From Eledone cirrhosa (Eukaryota), in the NCBI GenBank assembly GCA_964016885.1, contig OZ024741.1:172918001-172982000 (forward strand): a stretch of 64,000 nucleotides of DNA, written 5' to 3'. Shown piece by piece: positions 1 through 15,000 of this stretch. Both the position numbers and the translations under genes were made by a program. Under the pieces are notes generated by a model that was given only the letters and a program-made list of their open reading frames with translations, was not told where the DNA came from and did not search any database. Every line of letters begins with the position of its first letter. Position 1 is the first letter of the stretch.

Positions 1-3000
1 CAAGGTGTGATTAAAGGAGGTGACAGTGAACAAGGTGTGATGAGAGGTGGTGACAGTGGACAAGGTGTGAGGAGAGGAGAGGGTGGCAGTTGACAAGGTG
101 TGGTGAGAGGAGAGCAGTTGACAACGTGTGATGAGAAGGTGGCAGTTAACAAGGTTGATGAGAGGAGAGGGTGGCAGTTGACAAGGTGTGATGAGAGGAG
201 GTGACAGTGGACAAGGTGTGCTGAGAGGAGAGGGTGGAAGTTGACAAGGTGTGATGAGAGGGTGGCAGTTGACAAGGTGTGATGATTGGAGGTGACAGTT
301 GACAAGGTGTGATGAGAGGAGAGGGTGGCAGTTGAAAAGGTGTGATGAGAGGAGAGGGTGGCAGTTGACAAGGTGTGATGAGAGGGTGACAGTTGACAAG
401 GTGTGATGAGAGGAGAGGGTGGCAGTTGACAAGGTGTGATGAGAGGATGTGAAAGTTGAGAAGGTGTGATGAGAGGAGAGGGTGGCAGTTGACAAGGTGT
501 GGTGAGACGAGAGCGTGGCAGTTGACAAGTTGTGGTGAGGAGAGAGGGTGGCAGTTGACAAGGTGTGATGAGAGGAAAGGGTGGCAGTTGACAAGTTGTG
601 ATGAGAGGAGGTGACAGTTGACAAGGTGTGATGAGAGGAGAGGGTGGCAGTTGACAAGGTGTGATGAGAGGAGTTGACAGTTGACAAGGTGTGATGTGAG
701 GAGAGGGTGGCAGTTGACAAGGTGTGGTGAGACGAGAGCGTGGCAGTTGACAAGTTGTGGTGAGGAGAGAGGGTGGCAGTTGACAAGGTGTGATGAGAGG
801 AGAGGGTGGCAGTTGACAAGGTGTGATGAGAGGAGATGACAGTTGACAAGGTGTAATGAGAGGAGAGGGTGGCAGTTGACAATGTGTGATGAGAGGAGAG
901 GGTGGCAGTTGACAAGTTGTGGTGAGAGGAGAGGGTGGCAGTTGACAAGGTGTGATGAGAGGTGAAGGTGGCAGTTGACAAGGTGTGATGAGAGGAGGTG
1001 ACAGTTGACAAGGTGTGATGAGAGGAGAGGGTGGCAGTTGACAAGTTGTGGTGGGAGGAGAGGGTGGCAGTTGACAAGGTGTGATGAGAGGAGATGACAG
1101 TTGACAAGGTGTGATCAGAGGAGACGGTGGCAGTTGACAAGGTGTGATGAGAGGAGAGGGTGGCAGTTGACAAGGTGTGATGAGAGGAGGTGACAGTTGA
1201 CAAGGTGTGATGAGAAGAGAGGTTGGCAGTTGACAAGGTGTGTTGAGAGGAGAGGGTGGCAGTTGACAAGTTGTGGTGCGAGGAGAGGGTGGCAATTGAC
1301 AAGGTGTGATGAGAGGAGAGGGTGGCAGTTGACAAGTTGTGATGAGAGGAGGTGACAGTTGACAAGGTGTGATGAGAGGAGAGGGTGGCAGTTGACAAGG
1401 TGTGATGAGAGGAGAGGGTGGTAGTTGACAAGGTGTGATGAGAGGAGTTGACAGTTGACAAGGTGTGATGTGAGGAGAGGGTGGCAGTTGACAAGGTGTG
1501 GTGAGAGGAGAGGGTGGCAGTTGACAAGGTGTGAAGAGGGGAGAGGGTGAGAGTTGACAAGGTGAGATGAGAGGAGGTGAAAGTGGACAAGGTGTGGTGA
1601 GAGGAGAGGGTCGTAGTTGACAAGGTGTGATGAAAGGAGGTGGTGGCAGTTGACAAGGTGTGGTGAGAGGAGGTGACAGTGGACAATGTGTGATGAGAGG
1701 AGAGGGTGGCAGTTGACAAGGTGTGGTGAGAGGAGGGCGTGGCAGTTGACAAGTTGTGGTGAGAAGAGAGGGTGGCAGTTGACAAGGTGTGATGAGAGGA
1801 GAGGGTGGCAGTTGATAAGTTGTGGTAAGAGGAGAGCGTGGCAGTTGACAAGGTGTGATGAGAGGAGAGGGTGGCAGTTGACAAGGTGTGATGAGAGGAG
1901 GTGACAGTTGACAAGGTGTAATGAGAAGAGAGGGTGGCAGTTGACAAGGTGTGTTGAGAGGAGAGGGTGGCAGTTGAAAAGGTGTGGTGAGAGGAGAGGG
2001 TGGCAGTTGACAAGGTGTGATGAGAGGAGATGGTGACAGTTGACAAGGTGTGATGGGAGGAGATGGTGACAGTTGACAAGGTGTGATGAGAGGAGGTGGT
2101 GGCAGTTGAGAAGGTGTGGTGAGAGGAGGTGACAGTGGACAAGGTGTGATGAGAGGAGAGGGTGGCAGTTGAAAAGGTGTGGTGAGAGGAGAGGGTGGCA
2201 GTTGACAAAGTGTGAGGAGAGGGTGGCAGTTGACAAGGTGTGATTAAAGGAGGTGACAGTGGACAAGGTGTGATGAGAGGTGGTGACAGTGGACAAGGTG
2301 TGAGGAGAGGAGAGGGTGGCAGTTGACAAGGTGTGGTGAGAGGAGAGCAGTTGACAACGTGTGGTGAGAGGAGAGCAGTTGACAAGGTTGATGAGAGGAG
2401 AGGGTGGCAGTGGACAATGTGTGATGAGAAGGTGGCAGTTAACAAGGTTGATGAGAGGAGAGGGTGGCAGTTGACAAGGTGTGATGAGAGGAGGTGACAG
2501 TGGACAAGGTGTGCTGAGAGGAGAGGGTGGAAGTTGACAAGGTGTGATGAGAGGGTGGCAGTTGACAAGGTGTGATGATTGGAGGTGACAGTTGACAAGG
2601 TGTGATGAGAGGAGAGGGTGGCAGCTGAAAAGGTGTGATGAGAGGAGAGGGTGGCAGTTGACAAGGTGTGATGAGAGGGTGACAGTTGACAAGGTGTGAT
2701 GAGAGGAGAGGGTGGCAGTTGACAAGGTGTGATGAGAGGAGAGGGTGGTAGTTGACAAGGTGTGATGAGAGGATGTGAAAGTTGAGAAGGTGTGATGAGA
2801 GGAGAGGGTGGCAGTTGACAAGGTGTGATGAGAGGAAAGGGTGGGAGTTGACAAGTTGTGATGAGAGGAGGTGGCAGTTGACAAGGTGTGCTGAGAGGAG
2901 AGGGTGGCAGTTGACAAGTTGTGATGAGAGGAGGTGACAGTTGACAAGGTGTGATGAGAGGAGAGGGTGGCAGTTGACAGGGTGTGATGAGAGGAGAGGG

Positions 3001-6000
3001 TGGCAGTTGACAAGGTGTGATGAGAGGAGTTGACAGTTGACAAGGTGTGATGTGAGGAGAGGGTGGCAGTTGACAAGGTGTGGTGAGAGGAGAGCGTGGC
3101 AGTTGACAAGTTGTGGTGAGAAGAGAGGGTGGCAGTTGACAAGGTGTGATGAGAGGAGAGGGTGGCAGTTGATAAGTTGTGGTAAGAGGAGAGCGTGGCA
3201 GTTGACAAGGTGTGATGAGAGGAGAGGGTGGCAGTTGACAAGGTGTGATGAGAGGAGGTGACAGTTGACAAGGTGTAATGAGAAGAGAGGGTGGCAGTTG
3301 ACAAGGTGTGTTGAGAGGAGAGGGTGGCAGTTGACAAGTTGTGGTGCGAGGAGAGGGTGGCAATTGACAAGGTGTGATGAGAGGAGAGGGTGGCAGTTGA
3401 CAAGGTGTGATGAGAGGAGGTGACAGTTGACAAGGTGTGATGAGAGGAGAGGGTGGCAGTTGACAAGGTGTGATGAGAGGAGAGGGTGGTAGTTGACAAG
3501 GTGTGATGAGAGGAGTTGACAGTTGACAAGGTGTGATGTGAGGAGAGGGTGGCAGTTGACAAGGTGTGGTGAGAGGAGAGGGTGGCAGTTGACAAGGTGT
3601 GAAGAGGGGAGAGGGTGAGAGTTGACAAGGTGAGATGAGAGGAGGTGAAAGTGGACAAGGTGTGGTGAGAGGAGAGGGTCGTAGTTGACAAGGTGTGATG
3701 AGAGGAGAGGGTGGCAGTTGACAAGGTGTGGTGAGAGGAGGTGACAGTGGAGAATGTGTGATTAGAGGAGAGGGTGGCAGTTGACGAGGTGTGATGAGAG
3801 GAGGCGGTGGCAGTTGACAAGGTGTGAGTAAAGGAGGTGGTGGCAGTTGACAAGGTGTGGTGAGAGGAGGTGACAGTTGACAAGGTGTGATGAGAGGAGA
3901 GGGTGGCAGTTGACAAGGTGTGATGAGAGGAGAGGGTGGTAGTTGACAAGGTGTGATGAGAGGATGTGAAAGTTGAGAAGGTGTGATGAGAGGAGAGGGT
4001 GGCAGTTGACAAGGTGTGATGAGAGGAAAGGGTGGCAGTTGACAAGTTGTGATGAGAGGAGGTGACAGTTGACAAGGTGTGATGAGAGGAGAGGGTGGCA
4101 GTTGACAAGGTGTGATGAGAAGAGTTGACAGTTGACAAGGTGTGATGTGAGGAGAGGGTGGCAGTTGACAAGGTGTGGTGAGACGAGAGCGTGGCAGTTG
4201 ACAAGTTGTGGTGAGGAGAGAGGGTGGCAGTTGACAAGGTGTGATGAGAGGAGATGACAGTTGACAAGGTGTAATGAGAGGAGAGGGTGGCAGTTGACAA
4301 GGTGTGATGAGAGGAGAGGGTGGCAGTTGACAAGTTGTGGTGAGAGGAGAGGGTGGCAGTTGACAAGGTGTGATGAGAGGTGAAGGTGGCAGTTGACAAG
4401 GTGTGATGAGAGGAGGTGACAGTTGACAAGGTGTGATGAGAGGAGAGGGTGGCAGTTGACAAATTGTGGTGGGAGGAGAGGGTGGCAGTTGACAAGGTGT
4501 GATGAGAGGAGATGACAGTTGACAAGGTGTGATCAGAGGAGACGGTGGCAGTTGACAAGGTGTGATGAGAGGAGAGGGTGGCAGTTGATAAGTTGTGGTA
4601 AGAGGAGAGCGTGGCAGTTGACAAGGTGTGATGAGAGGAGAGGGTGGCAGTTGACAAGGTGTGATGAGAGGAGGTGACAGTTGACAAGGTGTGATGAGAA
4701 GAGAGGGTGGCAGTTGACAAGGTGTGTTGAGAGGAGAGGGTGGCAGTTGACAAGTTGTGGTGCGAGGAGAGGGTGGCAATTGACAAGGTGTGATGAGAGG
4801 AGAGGGTGGCAGTTGACAAGGTGTGATGAGAGGAGAGGGTGGTAGTTGACAAGGTGTGATGAGAGGAGTTGACAGTTGACAAGGTGTGATGTGAGGAGAG
4901 GGTGGCAGTTGACAAGGTGTGGTGAGAGGAGAGGGTGGCAGTTGACAAGGTGTGGTGAGAGGAGGTGACAGTGGAGAATGTGTGATTAGAGGAGAGGGTG
5001 GCAGTTGACGAGGTGTGATGAGAGGAGGTGGTGGCAGTTGACAAGGTGTGATGAAAGGAGGTGGTGGCAGTTGACAAGGTGTGGTGAGAGGAGGTGACAG
5101 TGGACAAGGTGTGATGAGAGGAGAGGGTGGCAGTTGACAAGGTGTGGTGAGAGGAGGGCGTGGCAGTTGACAAGTTGTGGTGAGAAGAGAGGGTGGCAGT
5201 TGACAAGGTGTGATGAGAGGAGAGGGTGGCAGTTGATAAGTTGTGGTAAGAGGAGAGCGTGGCAGTTGACAAGGTGTGATGAGAGGAGAGGGTGGCAGTT
5301 GACAAGGTGTGATGAGAGGAGGTGACAGTTGACAAGGTGTAATGAGAAGAGAGGGTGGCATTTGACAAGGTGTGGTGAGAGGAGGGCGTGGCAGTTGACA
5401 AGTTGTGGTGAGAGGACAGGGTGGCAGTTGAAAAGGTGTGGTGAGAGGAGAGGGTGGCAGTTGACAAGGTGTGATGAGAGGAGATGGTGACAGTTGACAA
5501 GGTGTGATGAGAGGAGATGGTGACAGTTGACAAGGTGTGATGAGAGGAGGTGGTGGCAGTTGAGAAGGTGTGGTGAGAGGAGGTGACAGTGGACAAGGTG
5601 TGATGAGAGGAGAGGGTGGCAGTTGAAAAGGTGTGGTGAGAGGAGAGGGTGTCAGTTGACAAAGTGTGAGGAGAGGGTGGCAGTTGACAAGGTGTGATTA
5701 AAGGAGGTGACAGTGGACAAGGTGTGATGAGAGGTGGTGACAGTGGACAAGGTGTGAGGAGAGGAGAGGGTGGCAGTTGACAAGGTGTGGTGAGAGGAGA
5801 GCAGTTGACAACGTGTGGTGAGAGGAGAGCAGTTGACAAGGTTGATGAGAGGAGAGGGTGGCAGTGGACAATGTGTGATGAGAAGGTGGCAGTTAACAAG
5901 GTTGATGAGAGGAGAGGGTGGCAGTTGACAAGGTGTGATGAGAGGAGGTGACAGTGGACAAGGTGTGCTGAGAGGAGAGGGTGGAAGTTGACAAGGTGTG

Positions 6001-9000
6001 ATGAGAGGGTGGCAGTTGACAAGGTGTGATGATTGGAGGTGACTGTTGACAAGGTGTGATGAGAGGAGAGGGTGGCAGTTGAAAAGGTGTGATGAGAGGA
6101 GAGGGTGGCAGTTGACAAGGTGTGATGAGAGGGTGACAGTTGACAAGGTGTGATGAGAGGAGAGGGTGGCAGTTGACAAGGTGTGATGAGAGGAGAGGGT
6201 GGTAGTTGACAAGGTGTGATGAGAGGATGTGAAAGTTGAGAAGGTGTGATGAGAGGAGAGGGTGGCAGTTGACAAGGTGTGATGAGAGGAAAGGGTGGCA
6301 GTTGACAAGTTGTGATGAGAGGAGGTGACAGTTGACAAGGTGTGATGAGAGGAGAGGGTGGCAGTTGACAGGGTGTGATGAGAGGAGAGGGTGGCAGTTG
6401 ACAAGGTGTGATGAGAGGAGTTGACAGTTGACAAGGTGTGATGTGAGGAGAGGGTGGCAGTTGACAAGGTGTGGTGAGAGGAGAGCGTGGCAGTTGACAA
6501 GTTGTGGGGAGAAGAGAGGGTGGCAGTTGACAAGGTGTGATGAGAGGAGAGGGTGGCAGTTGATAAGTTGTGGTAAGAGGAGAGCGTGGCAGTTGACAAG
6601 GTGTGATGAGAGGAGAGGGTGGCAGTTGACAAGGTGTGATGAGAGGAGGTGACAGTTGACAAGGTGTAATGAGAAGAGAGGGTGGCAGTTGACAAGGTGT
6701 GTTGAGAGGAGAGGGTGGCAGTTGACAAGTTGTGGTGCGAGGAGAGGGTGGCAATTGACAAGGTGTGATGAGAGGAGAGGGTGGCAGTTGACAAGGTGTG
6801 ATGAGAGGAGGTGACAGTTGACAAGGTGTGATGAGAGGAGAGGGTGGCAGTTGACAAGGTGTGATGAGAGGAGAGGGTGGTAGTTGACAAGGTGTGATGA
6901 GAGGAGTTGACAGTTGACAAGGTGTGATGTGAGGAGAGGGTGGCAGTTGACAAGGTGTGGTGAGAGGAGAGGGTGGCAGTTGACAAGGTGTGAAGAGGGG
7001 AGAGGGTGAGAGTTGACAAGGTGAGATGAGAGGAGGTGAAAGTGGACAAGGTGTGGTGAGAGGAGAGGGTCGTAGTTGACACGGTGTGATGAGAGGAGAG
7101 GGTGGCAGTTGACAAGGTGTGGTGAGAGGAGGTGACAGTGGAGAATGTGTGATTAGAGGAGAGGGTGGCAGTTGACGAGGTGTGATGAGAGGAGGTGGTG
7201 GCAGTTGACAAGGTGTGATGAAAGGAGGTGGTGGCAGTTGACAAGGTGTGGTGAGAGGAGGTGACAGTGGACAAGGTGTGATGAGAGGAGAGGGTGGCAG
7301 TTGACAAGGTGTGGTGAGAGGAGGTGACAGTGGACAAGGTGTGATGAGAGGAGAGGTTGGCAGTTGACAAGGTGTGATGAGAGGAGGTGAAAGTTGACAA
7401 GGTGTGATGAGAGGAGGAGGTGGCAGTTGACAAGGTGTGATGAGAGGAGAGGGTGGCAGTTGAAAAGGTGTGATGAGAGGACAGGGTGGCAGTTGAAAAG
7501 GTGTGATGAGAGGACAGGGTGGCAGTTGAAAAGGTGTGGTGAGAGGAGAGGGTGGCAGTTGACAAGGTGTGATGAGAGGAGATGGTGACAGTTGACAAGG
7601 TGTGATGAGAGGAGATGGTGACAGTTGACAAGGTGTGATGAGAGGAGGTGGTGGCAGTTGAGAAGGTGTGGTGAGAGGAGGTGACAGTGGACAAGGTGTG
7701 ATGAGAGGAGAGGGTGGCAGTTGAAAAGGTGTGGTGAGAGGAGAGGGTGGCAGTTGACAAAGTGTGAGGAGAGGGTGGCAGTTGACAAGGTGTGATGAAA
7801 GGAGGTGACAGTGGACAAGGTGTGATGAGAGGTGGTGACAGTGGACAAGGTGTGAGGAGAGGAGAGGGTGGCAGTTGACAAGGTGTGGTGAGAGGAGAGC
7901 AGTTGACAACGTGTGGTGAGAGGAGAGCAGTTGACAAGGTTGATGAGAGGAGAGGGTGGCAGTGGACAATGTGTGATGAGAAGGTGGCAGTTAACAAGGT
8001 TGATGAGAGGAGAGGGTGGCAGTTGACAAGGTGTGATGAGAGGAGGTGACAGTGGACAAGGTGTGCTGAGAGGAGAGGGTGGAAGTTGACAAGGTGTGAT
8101 GAGAGGGTGGCAGTTGACAAGGTGTGATGATTGGAGGTGACAGTTGACAAGGTGTGATGAGAGGAGAGGGTGGCAGTTGAAAAGGTGTGATGAGAGGAGA
8201 GGGTGGCAGTTGACAAGGTGTGATGAGAGGGTGACAGTTGACAAGGTGTGATGAGAGGAGAGGGTGGCAGTTGACAAGGTGTGATGAGAGGAGAGGGTGG
8301 TAGTTGACAAGGTGTGATGAGAGGATGTGAAAGTTGAGAAGGTGTGATGAGAGGAGAGGGTGGCAGTTGACAAGGTGTGATGAGATGAAAGGGTGGCAGT
8401 TGACAAGTTGTGATGAGAGGAGGTGGCAGTTGACAAGGTGTGCTGAGAGGAGAGGGTGGCAGTTGACAAGTTGTGATGAGAGGAGGTGACAGTTGACAAG
8501 GTGTGATGAGAGGAGAGGGTGGCAGTTGACAGGGTGTGATGAGAGGAGAGGGTGGCAGTTGACAAGGTGTGATGAGAGGAGTTGACAGTTGACAAGGTGT
8601 GATGTGAGGAGAGGGTGGCAGTTGACAAGGTGTGGTGAGAGGAGAGCGTGGCAGTTGACAAGTTGTGGTGAGAAGAGAGGGTGGCAGTTGACAAGGTGTG
8701 ATGAGAGGAGAGGGTGGCAGTTGATAAGTTGTGGTAAGAGGAGAGCGTGGCAGTTGACAAGGTGTGATGAGAGGAGAGGGTGGCAGTTGACAAGGTGTGA
8801 TGAGAGGAGGTGATAGTTGAAAAGGTGTAATGAGAAGAGAGGGTGGCAGTTGACAAGGTGTGTTGAGAGGAGAGGGTGGCAGTTGACAAGTTGTGGTGCG
8901 AGGAGAGGGTGGCAATTGACAAGGTGTGATGAGAGGAGAGGGTGGCATTTGACAAGGTGTGATGAGAGGAGGTGACAGTTGACAAGGTGTGATGAGAGGA

Positions 9001-12000
9001 GAGGGTGGCAGTTGACAAGGTGTGATGAGAGGAGAGGGTGGTAGTTGACAAGGTGTGATGAGAGGAGAGGGTGGCAGTTGACAAGGTGTGGTGAGAGGAG
9101 AGGGTGGCAGTTGACAAGGTGTGAAGAGGGGAGAGGGTGAGAGTTGACAAGGTGAGATGAGAGGAGGTGAAAGTGGACAAGGTGTGGTGAGAGGAGAGGG
9201 TCGTAGTGGACAAGGTGTGATGAGAGGAGAGGGTGGCAGTTGACAAGGTGTGGTGAGAGGAGGTGACAGTGGAGAATGTGTGATTAGAGGAGAGGGTGGC
9301 AGTTGACGAGGTGTGATGAGAGGAGGTGGTGGCAGTTGACAAGGTGTGATGAAAGGAGGTGGTGGCAGTTGACAAGGTGTGGTGAGAGGAGGTGACAGTG
9401 GACAAGGTGTGATGAGAGGAGAGGGTGGCAGTTGACAAGGTGTGGTGAGAGGAGGTGACAGTGGACAAGGTGTGATGAGAGGAGAGGGTGGCAGTTGACA
9501 AGGTGTGATGAGAGGAGGTGAAAGTTGACAAGGTGTGATGAGAGGAGGGGGTGGCAGTTGACAAGGTGTGATGAGAGGAGAGGGTGGCAGTTGAAAAGGT
9601 GTGATGAGAGGACAGGGTGGCAGTTGAAAAGGTGTGATGAGAGGACAGGGTGGCAGTTGAAAAGGTGTGGTGAGAGGAGAGGGTGGCAGTTGGCAAGGTG
9701 TGATGAGAGGAGATGGTGACAGTTGACAAGGTGTGATGAGAGGAGATGGTGACAGTTGACAAGGTGTGATGAGAGGAGGTGGTGGCAGTTGAGAAGGTGT
9801 GGTGAGAGGAGGTGACAGTGGACAAGGTGTGATGAGAGGAGAGGGTGGCAGTTGAAAAGGTGTGGTGAGAGGAGAGGGTGGCAGTTGACAAAGTGTGAGG
9901 AGAGGGTGGCAGTTGACAAGGTGTGATTAAAGGAGGTGACAGTGGACAAGGTGTGATGAGAGGTGGTGACAGTGGACAAGGTGTGAGGAGAGGAGAGGGT
10001 GGCAGTTGACAAGGTGTGGTGAGAGGAGGGCAGTTGACAACGTGTGGTGAGAAGGTGGCAGTTGACAAGGTTGATGAGAGGAGAGGGTGGCAGTGGACAA
10101 TGTGTGATGAGAGGGTGGCAGTTCACAAGGTGTGATGAGAGGAGGTGACAGTGGACAAGGTGTGCTGAGAGGAGAGGGTGGAAGTTGACAACGTGTGATG
10201 AGAGGGTGGCAGTTGACAAGGTGTGATGATTGGAGGTGACAGTTGACAAGGTGTGATGAGAGGAGAGGGTGGCAGTTGAAAAGGTGTGATGAGAGGAGAG
10301 GGTGGCATTTGACAAGGTGTGATGAGAGGGTGACAGTTGACAAGGTGTGATGAGAGGAGAGGGTGGCAGTTGACAAGGTGTGATGAGAGGAGAGGGTGGT
10401 AGTTGACAAGGTGTGATGAGAGGATGTGAAAGTTGAGAAGGTGTGATGAGAGGAGAGGGTGGTAGTTGACAAGGTGTGATTAGAGGAGGTGAAAGTTGAC
10501 AAGGTGTGATGAGAGGAAGGGGTGGCAGTTGACAAGGTGTGATGAGAGGACGTGACAGTTGACAAGGTGTGATGAGAGGAGGGGGTGGCAGTTGACAAGG
10601 TGTGATGAGAGGGCGTGACAGTTGACAAGGTGTGATGAGAGGAGAGGGTGGCAGTTGAAAAGGTGTGATGAGAGGAGAGGGTGGCAGTTGACAAGGTGTG
10701 GTGAGAGGAGGTGACAGTGGACAAGATCTGATGAGAGGAGAGGGTGGTAGTGGACAAGGTGTGATGAGAGGAGAGGGTGGCAGTTGACAAGGTGTGATGA
10801 GAGGAGGTGACAGTTGACAAGGTGTGATGAGAGGAGGTGACAGTTGACAAGGTGTGCTGAGAGGAGGTGGTGGAAGTTGATAAGGTGTGATGAGAGGAGA
10901 GGGTGGCAGTTGACAAGGTGTGATGAGAGGAGAGGATGGCAGTTGACAAGTTGTGGTGAGAGGAGAGGGTGGCAGTTGACAAGGTGTGATGAGAGGAGAG
11001 GGTGGCAGTTGACAAGGTGTGATGAGAGGAGTTGACAGTTGACAAGGTGTGATGTGAGGAGAGGGTGGCAGTTGACAAGGTGTGGTCAGAGGAGAGGGTG
11101 GCAGTTGACAAGGTGTGATGAGGGGAGACGGTGAGAGTTGACAAGGTGAGATGAGAGGAGGTGAAAGTGGACAAGGTGTGGTGAGAGCAGAGGGTGGTAG
11201 TTGACGAGGTGTGAAGAGAGGAGAGGGTGAGAGTTGACAAGGTGTGGTGAGAGGAGGTGACAGTGGACAAGGTGTGATGAGAGGAGAGGGTGGCAGTTGA
11301 CAAGGTGTGATGAGAGGAGGTGGTGGCAGTTGACAAGGTGTGATGAGAGGAGGTGGTGGCAGTTGACAAGGTGTGGTGAGAGGAGGTGACAGTGGACAAG
11401 GTGTGATGAGAGGAGAGGGTGGCAGTTGACAAGGTGTGATGAGAGGAGGTGGTGGCAGTTGACAAGGTGTGATGAGAGGAGGTGGTGGCAGTTGACAAGG
11501 TGTGGTGAGAGGAGGTGACAGTGGACAAGGTGTGATGAGAGGAGAGGGTGACATTTGACAAGGTGTGATGAGAGGAGGTGAAATTTGACAAGGTGTGATG
11601 ACAGGAGGGGGTGGCAGTTGACAAGGTGTGATGAGAGGACGTGACGGTTGACAAGGTGTGATGAGAGGAGAGGGTGGCAGTTGAAAAGGTGTGATGACAG
11701 GAGAGGGTGGCAGTTGAAAAGGTGTGATGAGAGGAGGTGACAGTTGACAAGGTGTGATGAGAGGAGATGGTGACAGTTGACAAGGTGTGATGAGAGGAGG
11801 TGGTGGCAGTTGACAAGGTGTGGTGAGAGGAGAGGGTGGATGTTGATAAGGTGTGATGAGAGGAGAGGGTGGCAGTGGACAAGGTGTGATGAGAGGAGAC
11901 GGTGGCAGTTGACAAGGTGTGGTGAGAGGAGGTGACAGTGGACAAGGTGTGATGAGAGGAGAGGGTGGCAGTTGACAAGGTGTGATGAGAGGAGGTGGTG

Positions 12001-15000
12001 GCAGTTGACAAGGTGTGATGAGAGGAGGTGGTGGCAGTTGACAAGGTGTGGTGAGAGGAGGTGACAGTGGACAAGGTGTGATGAGAGGAGAGGGTGGATG
12101 TTGATAAGGTGTGATGAGAGGAGAGGGTGGCAGTGGACAAGGTGTGATGAGAGGAGACGGTGGCAGTTGACAAGGTGTGGTGCGAGGAGAGGGTGGCAGT
12201 TGACAAGGTGTGATGAGAGGAGGTGACAGTTGACAAGGTGTGATGAGAGGAGGTGACAGTTGACAAGTTGTGATGAGAGGAGGTGACAGTTGACAAGGTG
12301 TGCTGAGAGGGGGTGGTGGAAGTTGATAAGGTGTGATGAGAGGAGAGTGTGGCAGTTGACAAGGTGTGGTGAGAGGAGGTGACGGTGGACAAGGTGTGAT
12401 GAGAGGAGAGGGTGGCTGTTAACAAGGTATGGTGAGAGGAGAGGGTGGTAGTTGACGAGGTGTGCTGAGAGGAGAGGGTGGTAGTTGACGAGGTGTGATG
12501 AGAGGAGGTGACGGTTGACAATGTATTATGAGAGGAGTGGGTGGCAGTTGACAAGGTGTGATGAGAGGAGGTGGTGGCAGTTGACAAGGTGTGGTGAGAG
12601 GAGGTGACAGTGGACAAGGTGTGATGAGAGGAGAGGGTGACATTTGACAAGGTGTGGTGAGAGGAGGTGACAGTGGACAAGGTTTGATGAGAGGAGAGGG
12701 TGGCAGTTTACAAGGTGTGATGAGAGGAGGGGGTGGCAGTTGACAAGGTGTGATGAGAGGACGTGACAGTTGACAAGGTGTGATGAGAGGAGAGGGTGGC
12801 AGTTGAAAAGGTGTGATGACAGGAGAGGGTGGCAGTTGAAAAGGTGTGATGAGAGGAGATGGTGACAGTTGACAAGGTGTGATGAGAGGAGATGGTGACA
12901 GTTGACAAGGTGTGATGAGATGAGGTGGTGGCAGTTGACAAGGTGTGGTGAGAGGAGGTGACAGTGGACAAGGTGTGATGAGAGGAGAGGGTGGATGTTG
13001 ATAAGGTGTGATGAGAGGAGAGGGTGGATGTTGACAAGGTGTGATGAGAGGAGACGGTGGCAGTTGACAATGTGTGGTGCGAGGAGATGGTGGCAGTTGA
13101 CAAGGTGTGATGAGAGGAGGTGACAGTTGACAAGGTGTGATAAGAGGAGGTGACAGTTGACAAGGTGTGATGAGAGTAGGTGACAGTTGACAAGGTCTGC
13201 TGAGAGGAGGTGGTGGAAGTTGATAAGGTGTGATGAGAGGAGAGGGTGGCAGTTGACAAGGTGTGGTGAGAGGAGGTGACAGTGGACAAGGTGTGATGAG
13301 AGGAGAGGGTGGCTGTTGACAAGGTATGGTGAAAGGAGAGGGTGGTAGTTGACGAGGTGTGCTGAGAGGAGAGGGTGGTAGTTGACGAGGTGTGATGAGA
13401 GGAGGTGACGGTTGACAAGGTATTATGAGAGGAGTGGGTGGCAGTTGACAAGGTGTGATGAGAGGAGAGGGTGGCAGTTGACAAGTTGTAATGAGAGGAG
13501 AGGGTGGCAGTTGACAAGGTGTGATGAGAGGAGGTGACAGTTGACAAGGTGTGGTGAGATGAGAGGGTGGCAGTTGACAAGGTGTGATGAGAGGAGTTGA
13601 CAGTTGACAAGGTGTGATGTGAGGAGAGGGTGGCAGTTGACAAGGTGTGGTGAGAGGACACGGTGGCAGTTGACAAGGTGTGATGAGAGGAGGTGGTGGC
13701 AGTTGACAAGGTGTTGTGAGAGGAGGTGAAAGTTGACAAGGTGTGATGAGAGGAGAGGGTGGCAGTTGACAAGGTGTGATGAGAGGAGGTGACAGTTGAC
13801 AAGGTGTGATGAGAGGAGAGGGTGGCAGTTGAAAAAGTGTGGTGAGAGGAGAGGGTGGCTGTTGACAAGGTGTGGTGAGTGGAGAGGGTGGCAGTTGACA
13901 AGGTGTGATGAGAGGAGATGGTGACAGTTGACAAGGTGTGATGAGAGGAGGTGGTGGCAGTTGACAAGGTGAGGTGAGAGGAGGTGACAGTGGACAAGGT
14001 GTGATGAGAGGAGAGGGTGGATGTTGATAAGGTGTGATGAGAGGAGAGGGTGGCAGTTGACAAGGTGTGGTGCGAGGAGAGGGTGGCAGTTGACAAGGTT
14101 TGGTGAGAGGAGAGGGTGGCAGTTGACAAGGTGTGATGAGAGGAGAGGGTGGCAGTTGACAAGGTGTGATAAGAGGAGAGGTTGGCAGTTGACAAGGTGT
14201 AATGAGGAGAGAGGGCGGCAGTTGACAAGGTGTGATGAGAGGAGGTGACAGTTTACAAGGTGTGATGAGAGGAGAGGGTGGCAGTTGACAAGGTGTGATG
14301 AGAGGAGAGGGCTGCAGTTGACAAGGTGTAATGAGGAGAGAGGGTGGCAGTTGACAAGGTGTGATGAGAGGAGAGGGTGGCTGTTGACAATGTGTGATGA
14401 GAGGAGTGGGTGGCAGTTGACAATGTGTGATGAGAGGACGAGAAAGTTGACAAGGTGTGATGAGAAGAGAGGGTGAGAGTTGACAAGGTGTGATGAGAGG
14501 AGGTGAAAGTGGACAAGGTGTGATTAGAGGAGAGGGTGGCAGATGACAAGGTGTGATGAGAGGAGTGGGTGGCAGTTGACAAGGTGTGATGAGAGGAAGT
14601 GAAAGTTGACAAGGTGTGATGAGAGGAGAGGGTGCCAGTTGACAAGGTGTGATGAGAGGAGAGGGTGGCAGTTGACAAGGTGTGATGAGAGGAGAGGGTG
14701 GCAGTTGGCAAGGTGTGGTGAGAGGAGAGGGTGGCAGTTGACAAGGTGCGATGAGAGGAGAGGGTGCCAGTTGACAAGGTGTGATGAGAGGAGAGGGTGG
14801 CAGTTGACAAGGTGTGATGAGAGGAGAGGGTGGCAGTTGACAAGGTGTGATGAGAGGAGTGGTTGGCAGTTGACAAGGTGTGATGAGAGGAGAGGGTGTT
14901 AGTTGACAAGGTTTGGTGAGAGGAGAGGGTGGCAGTTGACAAGGTGTGATGAGAGGAGAGGGTGGCAGTTGACAAGGTGTGATGAGAGGAGTGGTTGGCA

